From contig OY760141.1 of the NCBI GenBank assembly GCA_963663255.1, positions 1,641,580-1,705,579 on the forward strand: a DNA stretch of 64,000 nt, written 5' to 3'. Below are positions 39,008 to 49,203 of the stretch, one piece after another (position 1 is the stretch's first letter; each line of letters opens with the position of its first letter). The position numbers and the translations under genes were made by a program. Under the pieces are notes generated by a model. That model did no database searches and had not been told where the DNA came from. It saw only the letters and a list, made by a program, of their open reading frames with translations. Origin of the DNA: Acidimicrobiales bacterium (GTDB lineage: Bacteria; Actinomycetota; Acidimicrobiia; Acidimicrobiales; Bin134).

Positions 39008-40396
39008 ATGGTTGAGCCGGTAGAGCGCCGCTCCTGGCTGGCTTTGGGGGCGGCCACCGCGGCGGCGTTCATGGTGGTGGTGGACGTTTCCATCGTCAAC
39101 GTGGCTTTCCCGTCGATCCAGAAGTCCCTGGGGGCGTCCAACGCCGCGCTGTCGTGGATTGTGAGCGGCTACTCCATCACGGTGGGGTCGTTTTTGCTGC
39201 TGTCCGGTCGTCTGGCCGACAGACAGGGACGGCGCAAGATGTTCAATCTCGGGTTGGCCATCTTTGCGGTCGGGTCGCTGTTCAGCGGGGTGGCGCCCGA
39301 TGTGGAGGTGCTGATCGCCGCCCGGGTGGTGCAGGCGATGGGCGGGTCGCTCATCATGCCGTCGTCGTTGGCCATGGTGCTGCCGGAGTTCCCGGTGTCC
39401 CGCCGCTCGGCGGCCATCGGCATGTGGGGGGCGATGGGAGCGCTGGGGGCGGCGTTCGGCCCGTCCATCGGTGCGCTGTTGATCGAGGGCTTGGGCTGGC
39501 GGTGGATCTTCTACGTCAACCTGCCCATCGCCGCTCTGGTTTTCATGGCCTCCACCCGCTTGGTGCGGGAGTCGCGCGACGAAGATTCCGAGGGCCGTCT
39601 CGACGTGGTGGGTGTGCCGATGGGCACCCTGGCGCTGGCGCTGGTCATGGTGGCCATCGTCCAAGGCGAGGGGTGGGGCTATGGCGATCCCCGCATCGTT
39701 GTCTTCGCGGTGGTGGGCGTGGTGCTGCTGCCTTTCGTGGTCTGGCGGTCGCGGTCCCACCCCAACCCGCTGCTCGACCTGAGCCTGTTCAGCTATCGGT
39801 CGTTCTCGTCGGCGACCGCCTCGTTCGGCTTGTATGCGCTGGGGTTCGTCCCCGGGTTCTTGATGAGCTCGTTGTTGTTGCAAGACCTATGGGGGCTCAC
39901 GGTGCTCGAGGCCGGGCTCGGGCTCACGCCGGGGCCGATCATGGCGTCGGCGCTCTCCGTTCCCATCGGGCGGATGGCCGATCGGTGGGGGCATCGATGG
40001 CTGCTGACTTCGGGAGTGGCGCTGTGCGGGCTGTCGTATCTGTGGCTGCTGTTGTTGGCAGGGGAGTCGTCGGCCTATTTCGCGGTGTTCTTGCCCTCCA
40101 GCATTGCGTTGGGCACCGGCGTGGGGCTGTCCATCGCCACGTTCGTCAGCGCGGCCATGTGCGACATCCCGCCGTCTCGCTTCGCGATTGCCAACGCCAC
40201 CACCCGCACCGTCCAGCAAGTGTGCTTCGCCCTGGGCATTGCCGTGGTGGTGGCGCTGTTCAGCTCTGCGCCCGCTGGTGAGCTGCTGATCGGATACCAG
40301 CGGGCTTGGATTTGGGTCATCGTCACGTTTGCGGCCTCGGCAGTGGTGATCATGGCCACCTTCCCCTCCGGCACCGCCGTCCGCCGCGCCCAGTAG
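39008..40396 (+). CDS. MFS transporter, DHA2 (EmrB/QacA, 14-TMS) type
   Basis: FMVVVDVSIVNVAFPSIQKSLGAS. GRLADRQGRRKMF motif A. About 14 hydrophobic segments. Confidence 0.8.
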   Translation: MVEPVERRSWLALGAATAAAFMVVVDVSIVNVAFPSIQKSLGASNAALSWIVSGYSITVGSFLLLSGRLADRQGRRKMFNLGLAIFAVGSLFSGVAPDVEVLIAARVVQAMGGSLIMPSSLAMVLPEFPVSRRSAAIGMWGAMGALGAAFGPSIGALLIEGLGWRWIFYVNLPIAALVFMASTRLVRESRDEDSEGRLDVVGVPMGTLALALVMVAIVQGEGWGYGDPRIVVFAVVGVVLLPFVVWRSRSHPNPLLDLSLFSYRSFSSATASFGLYALGFVPGFLMSSLLLQDLWGLTVLEAGLGLTPGPIMASALSVPIGRMADRWGHRWLLTSGVALCGLSYLWLLLLAGESSAYFAVFLPSSIALGTGVGLSIATFVSAAMCDIPPSRFAIANATTRTVQQVCFALGIAVVVALFSSAPAGELLIGYQRAWIWVIVTFAASAVVIMATFPSGTAVRRAQ

Positions 40397-40435
40397 GACT
40401 GATGGCCGGGCAATCCGGTGTGAGACGCTAAGGCC

Positions 40436-42958
40436 ATGTCGGAATCTATTGAGTCGCGGTTGGCTGCACTGAGTACCGAGGAAAAGGCAGATCTGGTGGC
40501 CGGTGAGGCTATCTGGACCACCAAGAGCTTTCCGGAGGCGGGCATTCCTGCCATCGGCGTCACCGACGGACCCAACGGCGCCCGGGGCGGCGGGCTGCTG
40601 GGCACCGGCACGGCCACAGCCTGCATTCCCGCCGGTGCGGTGCTGGGTGCGACGTGGGATCCTGAGCTGGTCGAGCGGCTGGGCGGGGTTCTGGGTGACG
40701 AGGCCCGGGCCAAGGGGTGTCGAGTGCTGTTGGCCCCCACCATCAACCTGCACCGCAACCCGCTGGGCGGGCGCAACTTCGAGTGCTACAGCGAGGATCC
40801 GATTTTGTCGGGGCTGATCGCGGCCGCGTTCGTGCGGGGTGTGCAGTCTCGAGGCGTGGCCACCACCCCCAAGCACTTCGTGGCCAACGACTCCGAGTTC
40901 GAGCGCAACACCATCGACTCTCAAGTGGACGAGCGCACGCTGCGGGAGGTGTATCTGGTGCCTTTCGAGTACGCGGTGCTCGAAGGCGGCACCTGGGGGA
41001 TCATGAGCGCCTACAACCGGCTCAACGGCACCTTCTGCTCCGAGAATGAATGGCTGCTCACTCAGGTGTTGCGCCACGAGTGGGGATTCAATGGTTTTGT
41101 GGTCTCCGACTGGTTCGCGGCCCGGTCGACTGCGGCTTCGGCCCGAGCCGGCTTGAGCCTGGAGATGCCCGGGCCGGGCCAGTGGTACAACCGCGGACCG
41201 ATCAGCGAGGCGCTGGCCGCGGGGGAGATGGACGAGGGCCATCTCGACCGGATCGCCGGTGACGTTCTGCGCCTGCTGGAGCGCACCGGGGCCTTCGACG
41301 GAGACGACGGTTGTGTGCCCGGCCAAGAGTACGAGTTGGACCGTCCCGAGGATCGAGCGCTGCTGCGGGATACGGCCGCGGCGGGGACGGTGCTGGTGGC
41401 CAACAACGGGGTACTCCCGCTGGACCCGGCCATGTCGGGAACCTTGGCGGTGATCGGCCCCAATGCCCGCAAGGCCCAGATCATGGGCGGGGGATCGGCC
41501 ACCGTGCAGGGTTATCGCAACGTGAGCCTCCTGGATGCACTGAGCGACGAGCACGGCCACCTCGACGTGAGCTACGCCCAGGGCTGCGATATCGAGCGCT
41601 CGCTAGTGGCGCTCGCTGCTCCGGTGCTTCGGGGCAAACTCCAGTTGGAGTACTTCAACGGCCACGACTGGTCGGGCCCGGTAGTGCATACCCGAGAGTC
41701 AGCTTCGTCCGAGATGGTGTTCTTCGGCGAGCCGGGACCGGGGGTGAACCCCGAGGCGTTCTCGGTGCGGGCATCGGGCGTGCTGGTGGCCGAGAGCACC
41801 GGCGAGCACACCCTTGGGCTGGTGCAGCTCGGACGCTGTCGGGTGCTGCTGGATGGAGAGGTGGTGCTGGACGCCACCGAAGGGGACTATGACCGGGGCG
41901 ACGACTTCTTCGGGATGGGCTCAGAGTTGATCTCCGCGCCGGTGCAGCTGACCGAAGGCCGCGAGACGCCCATCGTCATCGAGTACTCCAGCCGGGACAG
42001 CTTCATGTTGTGCGGGGTTCGGGTAGGGCTGAAATCGGAGGTGGAGCGGGATCTGCTCGCCGAGGCAGCCGAAGTTGCGGCCGCAGCCGAGGTAGCTGTG
42101 GTTGTGGTGGGCACCAACGCCGACTGGGAGACCGAGGGGCGCGACCGCGACTCCTTCGACCTGCCCGGCGACCAGCCCGAGCTGATCCGCCGAGTGGCCG
42201 CGGCCAATCCCAACACGGTGGTGGTGGTGAACACCGGCGGTGCCTGCAACCTCGATTGGGCCGACGATGTCGCCGGGGTCCTGGTGGCCGGCTTCGGAGG
42301 CCAGGAGATGGGCTACGCAGTGGCCGATGTGCTGTTCGGCAAAGCCGACCCCGGCGGACGTATGACGATGACCGTGCCGGCCCTCTATGAGCACAGCCCG
42401 GCCTATCTGAACTATCCGGGTGAGAACGGCGTGGTCCGCTACGGCGAGGGCCTCTACATCGGTCACCGCTGGTTCGACGCCCGGGCCATCGAGCCGGCTG
42501 TTCCTTTGGGCCACGGCTTGTCGTACGCCTCATTTGAGTGGTCTCAGCCCCGAGTGTCGGGAGGTGCCGACACCGAGGTAGCCGACCCGGTTGTAGTAGA
42601 AGTCGACGTGGTCAACACCAGCGACCGTCCGGGAAGCGACGTTGTGCAGGTGTACGTGGAGCCGCCCCCGTCGCTGCTGCACCGTCCGGTTCGAGAGCTC
42701 AAGGGCTTCGCCAAGGTCCACCTGGCCCCCGGCGAGGCCACCACCGCCCGCATCGTGCTCAACCGCCGGGCCTTCGCCTACTACGACCCCGGCGACCAGT
42801 CCCCACAGGGACTAGACATCGGCAGCCCGGTTCCAGCCGGTGAATCCGACAAGCGATCCGACGCCGGCTGGTACGTCGACTCTGGCCCATACACAATCTG
42901 GACGGCCCGTTCCAGCACCGACCTCGTCCACCCCGCCGAGGTTCACCTCACCGACTGA
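40436..42958 (+). CDS. Glycoside hydrolase family 3 beta-glucosidase
   Basis: GPNGARG, KHFVANDSE and GFVVSDW (nucleophile Asp) motifs. C-terminal fibronectin-like domain. Confidence 0.85.
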   Translation: MSESIESRLAALSTEEKADLVAGEAIWTTKSFPEAGIPAIGVTDGPNGARGGGLLGTGTATACIPAGAVLGATWDPELVERLGGVLGDEARAKGCRVLLAPTINLHRNPLGGRNFECYSEDPILSGLIAAAFVRGVQSRGVATTPKHFVANDSEFERNTIDSQVDERTLREVYLVPFEYAVLEGGTWGIMSAYNRLNGTFCSENEWLLTQVLRHEWGFNGFVVSDWFAARSTAASARAGLSLEMPGPGQWYNRGPISEALAAGEMDEGHLDRIAGDVLRLLERTGAFDGDDGCVPGQEYELDRPEDRALLRDTAAAGTVLVANNGVLPLDPAMSGTLAVIGPNARKAQIMGGGSATVQGYRNVSLLDALSDEHGHLDVSYAQGCDIERSLVALAAPVLRGKLQLEYFNGHDWSGPVVHTRESASSEMVFFGEPGPGVNPEAFSVRASGVLVAESTGEHTLGLVQLGRCRVLLDGEVVLDATEGDYDRGDDFFGMGSELISAPVQLTEGRETPIVIEYSSRDSFMLCGVRVGLKSEVERDLLAEAAEVAAAAEVAVVVVGTNADWETEGRDRDSFDLPGDQPELIRRVAAANPNTVVVVNTGGACNLDWADDVAGVLVAGFGGQEMGYAVADVLFGKADPGGRMTMTVPALYEHSPAYLNYPGENGVVRYGEGLYIGHRWFDARAIEPAVPLGHGLSYASFEWSQPRVSGGADTEVADPVVVEVDVVNTSDRPGSDVVQVYVEPPPSLLHRPVRELKGFAKVHLAPGEATTARIVLNRRAFAYYDPGDQSPQGLDIGSPVPAGESDKRSDAGWYVDSGPYTIWTARSSTDLVHPAEVHLTD

Positions 42959-42974
42959 GAAGGGGCATTCCCGC

Positions 42975-45098
42975 TCAGTTGTCTTTGACGATGAAGACGC
43001 TGTCTTGGATCTCGTCGGCCATGGCGGTGTTGCAGCGGAAGATGCTGGCCAGGGTGATCTGGCGAACCTGGTCGAGGACCTCGGTATTGGCCAGGAAGTA
43101 GGGGTCGTTCTCGAACCAGAAGCGGTCACCGTCGCGGAGCCGGCGGAACTGGTCGGAGATGATGGCTTGCAGGGTCTCGCCGACCATCGCCCCCGGCGCG
43201 TGGTCTTCGGCCAGGCCGCCCGACCATAGGTCTATCTTCTCGACGTCTCCGTAGGCCAGCATCATCGCCTGCTGCACACTGGGATCCGAGGAGATGTCGG
43301 CAAAGCTCTCCAGCGGCGCCAACCCGTAGGCGCTGCGCACGGTGTTGAAGTCGCCCACGCCGTGGTCGCGGCCCCGTTGGATGTTGAGGACAGCCAGGTC
43401 GAAGACGGGACCGTTGGGCCCTCTGAGGAGCATGTTGCGGACTTCGTCGATGATCTTGGAGTCGATTTCTTGGGCCAGCTGGGAGGCGAAGCCGCGCAGG
43501 ATCACGGAGATGCCCCGGTCCTCGACAAACGATGGATTGAAGAACGCCTTGGCCAGATTCAGGTGTTCTGACTCTCCATCATCGCTGAGGAGATGGAGGT
43601 TGGGGGAGAGCAGGGTGTGGCCCACCCGATAGGCCGTCGCGGAGAACTCGCTGGCGATCGTCGGGTCAACAGTCGCGTCGTAGCCCGCATATGGGGCTAT
43701 GGCGTCGGGGCCCAACAGCAAGGGCAAGAACTCGTTGATGGTGATGGCCTGAATCTGGGCACCGACGATCTTGCGGGCCAGCTGATAGATCTCGTCGCCG
43801 CTCAATGACGGGTCTTGGCTGGCGATGACGTCTGCGAGGCGATTGTGCTCTCTCACGAACAGGGTGTGCATTGAGATGAGCCCGATCTGCTCGTTGACCC
43901 TCAGGTCGCCGGCCAGAAACAGACTTGTCAGATCGCTGCCTCCTTCGTTGTCGAGCCCATCCTCGTTGTAGGGCAAGAATCGCCCTTCGTGGGATGTCTT
44001 GAGCCTTCCCGTTCCGTCATTGGTTCGAAGCGCTAGGGCACGATTTTCATCTGAGCCATATACTTGGGAGGCGTCTATAAATGCGGTTATAGCATTTGTC
44101 TGTCTCCTTATATTCTGCCGACTTGTTCCTGTACTTGGGTCGAATACCGAACGGTCCAAATGAATGGTTTTCTGTCCAGATCCTTCAGGATCAAAAATTG
44201 GATCTCCTTGGGGAACCGGGACTGGAAACGGTTCTTCTAGGTTGTCGGGACTGAGGGTGATGTCATGGTCTATGAACTGGCCCCATTGCCACAAGATGTC
44301 GCTGGCCTGTGTCGAGTTCGGGATTGACTCGGCTTGGGCGAACACGAGGTTGCTGACGGTGCGGGCGTTCGGACGCGTGGTGGTCGGTGTCGAAATGCCG
44401 TCGGCATAGGAGGTCGGGGCCAACTTGAGGAGGGCGGTGCCGGCCATTCCCCGCGTGGGAAAGTCGAGATTGTTGCCTTCTCCGTCGAAAGACCGATGCT
44501 CAAGCGACGATTCGGAGAGGACGCTGAAAGCAGGCTCACTATCGTCTTGAGCAGCAAGGCACATGACCGGCGCTTCCTCGCTGCCGGATTCATCGTCGGT
44601 TTCGGCCTCGGGAGTGACCTCGGAGGTCCCGGCCGCAGCGGGGGTACTGATGGTCAGCGGAGTTGTGACCAGCCAAATCCCTGCCTCGGTGTCGGCCGGG
44701 AAAAAGCGCCGTTGGGTTTGCAGCCGCTCCCCCCACGTGCCGTCGGCTTGCTGTTGTTGGAGGGTGAACTCGACCCGCCCGTCGTCGCCCAACCGGGCCG
44801 AGATCCGTACCTGTCCTACGGCGTCGATGGCCAGCGCCGAGCTATCTAGCCACGCTCCGGCGGTGGCGTCGGCGGGGAAGTTGTGCTGGCCGGGCCGTCG
44901 GCGCTCCCCCCAGGACTCGTTGGTCGACTCTTGAAGTGCAAACTCCAACTGCCCGTCCGCTAGACGCTGAGCCGCGATCCGCACCTCGGCTTCGCCGTGT
45001 TGGGCACTGGCACTGGATGTGACTAGAGCCAGACCTGCGGCCAGCGCGACGAGAGCTAGGAGAGGCGCGGTGATCTTGCCGATCAGCGAGAACGACAT
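42975..45098 (-). CDS. Secreted animal-haem-peroxidase (peroxidase-cyclooxygenase superfamily) homologue with tandem N-terminal repeat
   Basis: Signal peptide MSFSLIGKITAPLLALVALAAGLALVTSSASAQ. RSFDGEGNN. WQWGQFIDHDITLSP distal-His motif. YRVGHTLL proximal-His region. GGAGG lies 7 nt upstream of ATG 45098. Confidence 0.8.
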   Translation of the reverse strand: MSFSLIGKITAPLLALVALAAGLALVTSSASAQHGEAEVRIAAQRLADGQLEFALQESTNESWGERRRPGQHNFPADATAGAWLDSSALAIDAVGQVRISARLGDDGRVEFTLQQQQADGTWGERLQTQRRFFPADTEAGIWLVTTPLTISTPAAAGTSEVTPEAETDDESGSEEAPVMCLAAQDDSEPAFSVLSESSLEHRSFDGEGNNLDFPTRGMAGTALLKLAPTSYADGISTPTTTRPNARTVSNLVFAQAESIPNSTQASDILWQWGQFIDHDITLSPDNLEEPFPVPVPQGDPIFDPEGSGQKTIHLDRSVFDPSTGTSRQNIRRQTNAITAFIDASQVYGSDENRALALRTNDGTGRLKTSHEGRFLPYNEDGLDNEGGSDLTSLFLAGDLRVNEQIGLISMHTLFVREHNRLADVIASQDPSLSGDEIYQLARKIVGAQIQAITINEFLPLLLGPDAIAPYAGYDATVDPTIASEFSATAYRVGHTLLSPNLHLLSDDGESEHLNLAKAFFNPSFVEDRGISVILRGFASQLAQEIDSKIIDEVRNMLLRGPNGPVFDLAVLNIQRGRDHGVGDFNTVRSAYGLAPLESFADISSDPSVQQAMMLAYGDVEKIDLWSGGLAEDHAPGAMVGETLQAIISDQFRRLRDGDRFWFENDPYFLANTEVLDQVRQITLASIFRCNTAMADEIQDSVFIVKDN

Positions 45099-45363
45099 AG
45101 GGGAACCTCCGAAAGGAGAAGACAAACCAAACAACACAAATCCTGGGAGAAGGACCTGAGAGTTTTAGTCGTTAAGAGGAGGTTGCCTACAAGTCATCAA
45201 AGGCAAAAAGCCCGCAAACATGCTGCGGAAACAGAACTTTAACAATGCAATAGCAAGAAATTGTCAACGCAAAAACGGTACAAGTGTTTGACAAAAAGAT
45301 GGTAATAAAGGGGTGACGCTATCCTGTTGGAGATGCTCTAGCCGGAGGAGAGAAGAATTGCGG

Positions 45364-45437
<74 letters not shown>

Positions 45438-45529
45438 GCGAGCAGAAAACTCTAACAGCCGTCGAAGGGCCGACCCACATGGGATAACGGTTATTGGCCC
45501 CGACCGGGCGCTCGGTAGATTGAGCGGCC

Positions 45530-48001
45530 ATGGACGGCTACAACCCAGCGGCCATCGAGCCCAAATGGCAGCAGCGCTGGGTCGACGACGCCACCTACGA
45601 CATCGACAACGACGACGCCCGGCCGCCCTACTACGTGCTGTCGATGTACCCGTACCCCAGCGGCCCGGCCCACATCGGCCACGTCCGCAACTACACCTTC
45701 GGCGATCTGCTGGTGCGCTATCGCACCATGCAGGGCGACGGCGTGCTGTCGCCCATCGGCTTCGACAGCTTCGGGTTGCCGGCGGAGAACGCCGCCATCA
45801 AGACCGGCACTCATCCCCGAGAGCACACCGACGCCAACATCGAGCGGCTCTCGTCCTCGCTGCGCCGCATCGGCGCGGTGTACGACTGGCGCCGGAGCCT
45901 TAGCAGCCACGACCCCGAGTACATCCGCTTCACCCAATGGATCTTCTTGAAGTTCTACGAGGCCGGCCTGGTGTACCGGGCCACCGCACCGGTGAACTGG
46001 TGCCCAGGCTGCCAGACGGTGCTGGCCAACGAGCAGGTGCTGGCCGACGGCACTTGCGAGCGCTCTGGTGATATGGCCCAGCAACGCGAGCTGGAGCAGT
46101 GGTTCTACCGCATCACCGCGTATGCCGAGGAACTGCTCGAAGGCCTCGACGGCCTGGACTGGCCCAACCGGGTCAAGACCATGCAGCGCAATTGGATCGG
46201 CCGCTCCGAGGGGGCCGACTTTGTTTTGCCCATCGCCGATGAGGCCGGCAATCCCCGCGATGACGTCGAGGGCATCCCGGTGTTCACCACCCGCCCGGAC
46301 ACCAGTTTCGGCATGACCTTCGCCGTCATGTCCCCAGAACACGCCCGGGTTTCCGAGCTGACCGCCGAGCATCGCCGCGCCGAGGTGGAGGCGTTCATCG
46401 CCGAAGTGTCCGAGCGCAGTGAGTTCGAGCGGCTTTCGGTGGGCGGCCCGGCCGACAAGCGGGGGGTGGACACCGGCACCCGGGTGATCAACCCGTTCAA
46501 CGGCGAAGCAATCCCGCTGTATTTGGCCGACTACGTGCTCACCACCTACGGCACCGGGGCGATCATGGCCGTGCCCGGCGAGGACCAGCGCGACTGGGAC
46601 TTCGCCACCGCCTACAGCCTGCCCATCATCCGCACCGTGCAGCCCTCCGACGAATTCGAAGGCGAGGCATACACCGGCGACGGGCCGTCGATCAACAGCG
46701 AATGGCTAAACGGCCTGTGGATGGACGAGGCCAAGGCCGCGGCCATCGACTGGCTGGAAGACAATGGCATCGGCGAACGCAAGGTGAATTACCGCCTGCG
46801 CGACTGGCTGCTGTCCCGCCAGCGCTACTGGGGATGCCCCATCCCCGTGGTGTACTGCGAGTCGTGCGGGACGGTGCCGGTGCCCTACAACCAATTGCCA
46901 GTGGGTTTGCCCGACGACGTGGCCTTCATGCCCACTGGGCGGTCCCCACTGGTGGACCATCCCGGCTTCTTGCACGCCGAGTGCCCAGCGTGTGGCGGTT
47001 CGGCCCGGCGGGAGACCGACACCATGGACACCTTCGTGGACTCCTCGTGGTACTTCCTGCGCTTCGCCGACCCCCACAACAACGAGATGCCGTTCAGCCA
47101 AGCGGCGCTGGAGCGGTGGCTGCCGGTGGATCAGTACATCGGTGGGGTGGAGCACGCCATTTTGCATTTGATGTACGCCCGGTTCTTCACCCGGGCGCTG
47201 TCTGATCTGGGGGTGGCTCCCGCGGGGTTGCGGGAGCCATTCCAGCGGCTGTTCACCCAGGGCATGGTGCGAATGGGCGGTGGCAAGATGTCGAAGTCGA
47301 AGGGCAACTTGGTGGCCCCCGAGGACTTCATCGACACCTATGGCGCCGACACCCTGCGCCTGGCCATCTTGCAGGTCAAGCCCCCCGCCGAGGACGTTGA
47401 CTGGGAGGACTTCGGCCTAGAAGGCTGCGCCCGGTTCTTGGGCCGGCTGTGGCGGCTGGCCGCCGGCACGGCCGAGCGGGCCAACCCGGCCCGCACCGGT
47501 GCGGCAACTCCAGCCGACGACGCCATCGACTCGGCCACCCACCGGCTCATCGATCGCATCACCTCGGAGTTCGACCGCTGGTCGTACAACACCGCGGTGG
47601 CCGGCTGCATGGAGTTCACCAACGAGCTGTACCGCTACGCGCAGTCCGACGACGGCCCCCACCACGACACGCTGGCTTTCGCCATCGACTCGCTGCTGCT
47701 GGCTATGGCGCCCATGGTGCCCCACATCTGCGCCGAGCTGTGGGAGATGCGCCGGGACGGGAACATTCACACCGAGCAGTGGCCCACCGCCGACGAGGCC
47801 AAGCTGGTGCTGGAGACGGTCACCATGGTGGTGCAGGTGAACGGCAAGGTCCGCGACCGCATCGAAGTGTCCGCCGACATCGCCGATGCTGAGGCTGAGG
47901 CACTGGCCATAGCGTCAGAGAGGGTGCAGGCCTACCTCGATGGCGGCGAACCCCGACGGGTCATCGCCCGCCCCCCCAAGCTGGTCAACGTGGTGGTGTA
48001 G
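45530..48001 (+). CDS. leuS: Leucine--tRNA ligase
   Basis: KWQQRW, HIGH-type PSGPAHIGH and KMSKS motifs. CP1 editing domain. Confidence 0.95.
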   Translation: MDGYNPAAIEPKWQQRWVDDATYDIDNDDARPPYYVLSMYPYPSGPAHIGHVRNYTFGDLLVRYRTMQGDGVLSPIGFDSFGLPAENAAIKTGTHPREHTDANIERLSSSLRRIGAVYDWRRSLSSHDPEYIRFTQWIFLKFYEAGLVYRATAPVNWCPGCQTVLANEQVLADGTCERSGDMAQQRELEQWFYRITAYAEELLEGLDGLDWPNRVKTMQRNWIGRSEGADFVLPIADEAGNPRDDVEGIPVFTTRPDTSFGMTFAVMSPEHARVSELTAEHRRAEVEAFIAEVSERSEFERLSVGGPADKRGVDTGTRVINPFNGEAIPLYLADYVLTTYGTGAIMAVPGEDQRDWDFATAYSLPIIRTVQPSDEFEGEAYTGDGPSINSEWLNGLWMDEAKAAAIDWLEDNGIGERKVNYRLRDWLLSRQRYWGCPIPVVYCESCGTVPVPYNQLPVGLPDDVAFMPTGRSPLVDHPGFLHAECPACGGSARRETDTMDTFVDSSWYFLRFADPHNNEMPFSQAALERWLPVDQYIGGVEHAILHLMYARFFTRALSDLGVAPAGLREPFQRLFTQGMVRMGGGKMSKSKGNLVAPEDFIDTYGADTLRLAILQVKPPAEDVDWEDFGLEGCARFLGRLWRLAAGTAERANPARTGAATPADDAIDSATHRLIDRITSEFDRWSYNTAVAGCMEFTNELYRYAQSDDGPHHDTLAFAIDSLLLAMAPMVPHICAELWEMRRDGNIHTEQWPTADEAKLVLETVTMVVQVNGKVRDRIEVSADIADAEAEALAIASERVQAYLDGGEPRRVIARPPKLVNVVV

Positions 48002-48005
48002 AGGG

Positions 48006-49193
48006 CTAGACGTCCCACTCCACGTGAAGCTCTTCTGGGCCCCGGAAGGCCACCCCACGGATGAGGGGAGGGTCGGCGTCGGGGTCGAGGCGCAGTCCCG
48101 GAAGCCGCTCGAGGATGGTTCGCAGGGCCACCCGGAGCTCGAGGCGTGCCAGGTGCATGCCCAAGCACAGGTGCCGGCCCCAGCCGAACGCCATGTGGGG
48201 TACGGGCTGCTCCCGGTCAGGATCCCAGCGGTCGCCATCGGAGTACACCTGCTCGTCCCGGTTGGCCGACGTCATGGTCATCATCAGCCGGGTGCCGGCC
48301 GGGATAGGGCATCCGCCCACCTCGGTGTCTGCCGTGGCTTCCCGGGTGGCCAGTGGGGCCGAGCTTTCCCACCGCAGGGTTTCCTCGATCACCTGATCCA
48401 GCAGCGACCAGTCGGCCATGAGCCGGTCGAGCCAGCCCTCGTGGGTCAGCAATGCCGTCAAGGCGATACCCAGCTCCCGGGAGGTGGTCTCGGCTCCGGC
48501 GGGCATCAACAGCAGCAAGAACCCGTAGATGTGCTCGTCGTCGAGGCGCTGCCCGTCGATCTCGGCGTGGATGATGTCGCTGATCAGGTCATCTTGGGGG
48601 TTGGTCTTGCGGTCCTCGACGACGGGATGGAGGTAGTCCCGCATGGCTTGGGAGGCGGCGTGGCCCGGCTCGGGATAGAGGGGACCGGCGCTCACCTGCT
48701 CTGACCACAGCCGGAACTGATCGGCGTCGTCCAGCGGCACGCCCATGATCCCGGCGATCACCCGGGTGGGGAACCGCTGGGTGAGCTCGGCCACCAGATC
48801 GGCCCGTCCCCGAGGAGCGATTCCGTCAACCAGCTCGTTCACGATGGGCGCCACCAGCTCGGTCTCCCAGCGGGCCAGCGCCGATGATCGGAACGCCCCG
48901 GACACCAGGCCCCGGTAGGCGGTGTGCTCATCGCCGTCCATCCCCAGCATGAGCGGCCCCATGAACGGTGTCATCGACTCGGCCACCACCCGGGTGGAGA
49001 ACACTGCGCTGTTGCGCAGCACCGCCTCGGTGTGGTCGCGGCGGTACAGGTTCAGGATGCGCCCGCCGAAGCCGTCGTCGCGCACTTCCGGGGGCTCAGC
49101 ACGGCCCCGATCCCATTCCCTATGGGGGTTGATGGCGGCCTCTTCGGCCTGGGCCAGCCCCTCGTTGTAGTCCGACGGCTCGTTTGCGTCCAC
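48006..49193 (-). CDS. Cytochrome P450
   Basis: Haem-binding FGWGRHLCLGMHLA. EETLR (ExxR). AGAETT I-helix motif. Confidence 0.85.
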   Translation of the reverse strand: MDANEPSDYNEGLAQAEEAAINPHREWDRGRAEPPEVRDDGFGGRILNLYRRDHTEAVLRNSAVFSTRVVAESMTPFMGPLMLGMDGDEHTAYRGLVSGAFRSSALARWETELVAPIVNELVDGIAPRGRADLVAELTQRFPTRVIAGIMGVPLDDADQFRLWSEQVSAGPLYPEPGHAASQAMRDYLHPVVEDRKTNPQDDLISDIIHAEIDGQRLDDEHIYGFLLLLMPAGAETTSRELGIALTALLTHEGWLDRLMADWSLLDQVIEETLRWESSAPLATREATADTEVGGCPIPAGTRLMMTMTSANRDEQVYSDGDRWDPDREQPVPHMAFGWGRHLCLGMHLARLELRVALRTILERLPGLRLDPDADPPLIRGVAFRGPEELHVEWDV

Positions 49194-49203
49194 CGCGGCA
49201 ACC

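Noticed and set aside
45438-45529. Possible T-box or other leader upstream of leuS.
   Set aside because: The spacer is only about 90 nt, and no specifier or T-box-like sequence was recognised.
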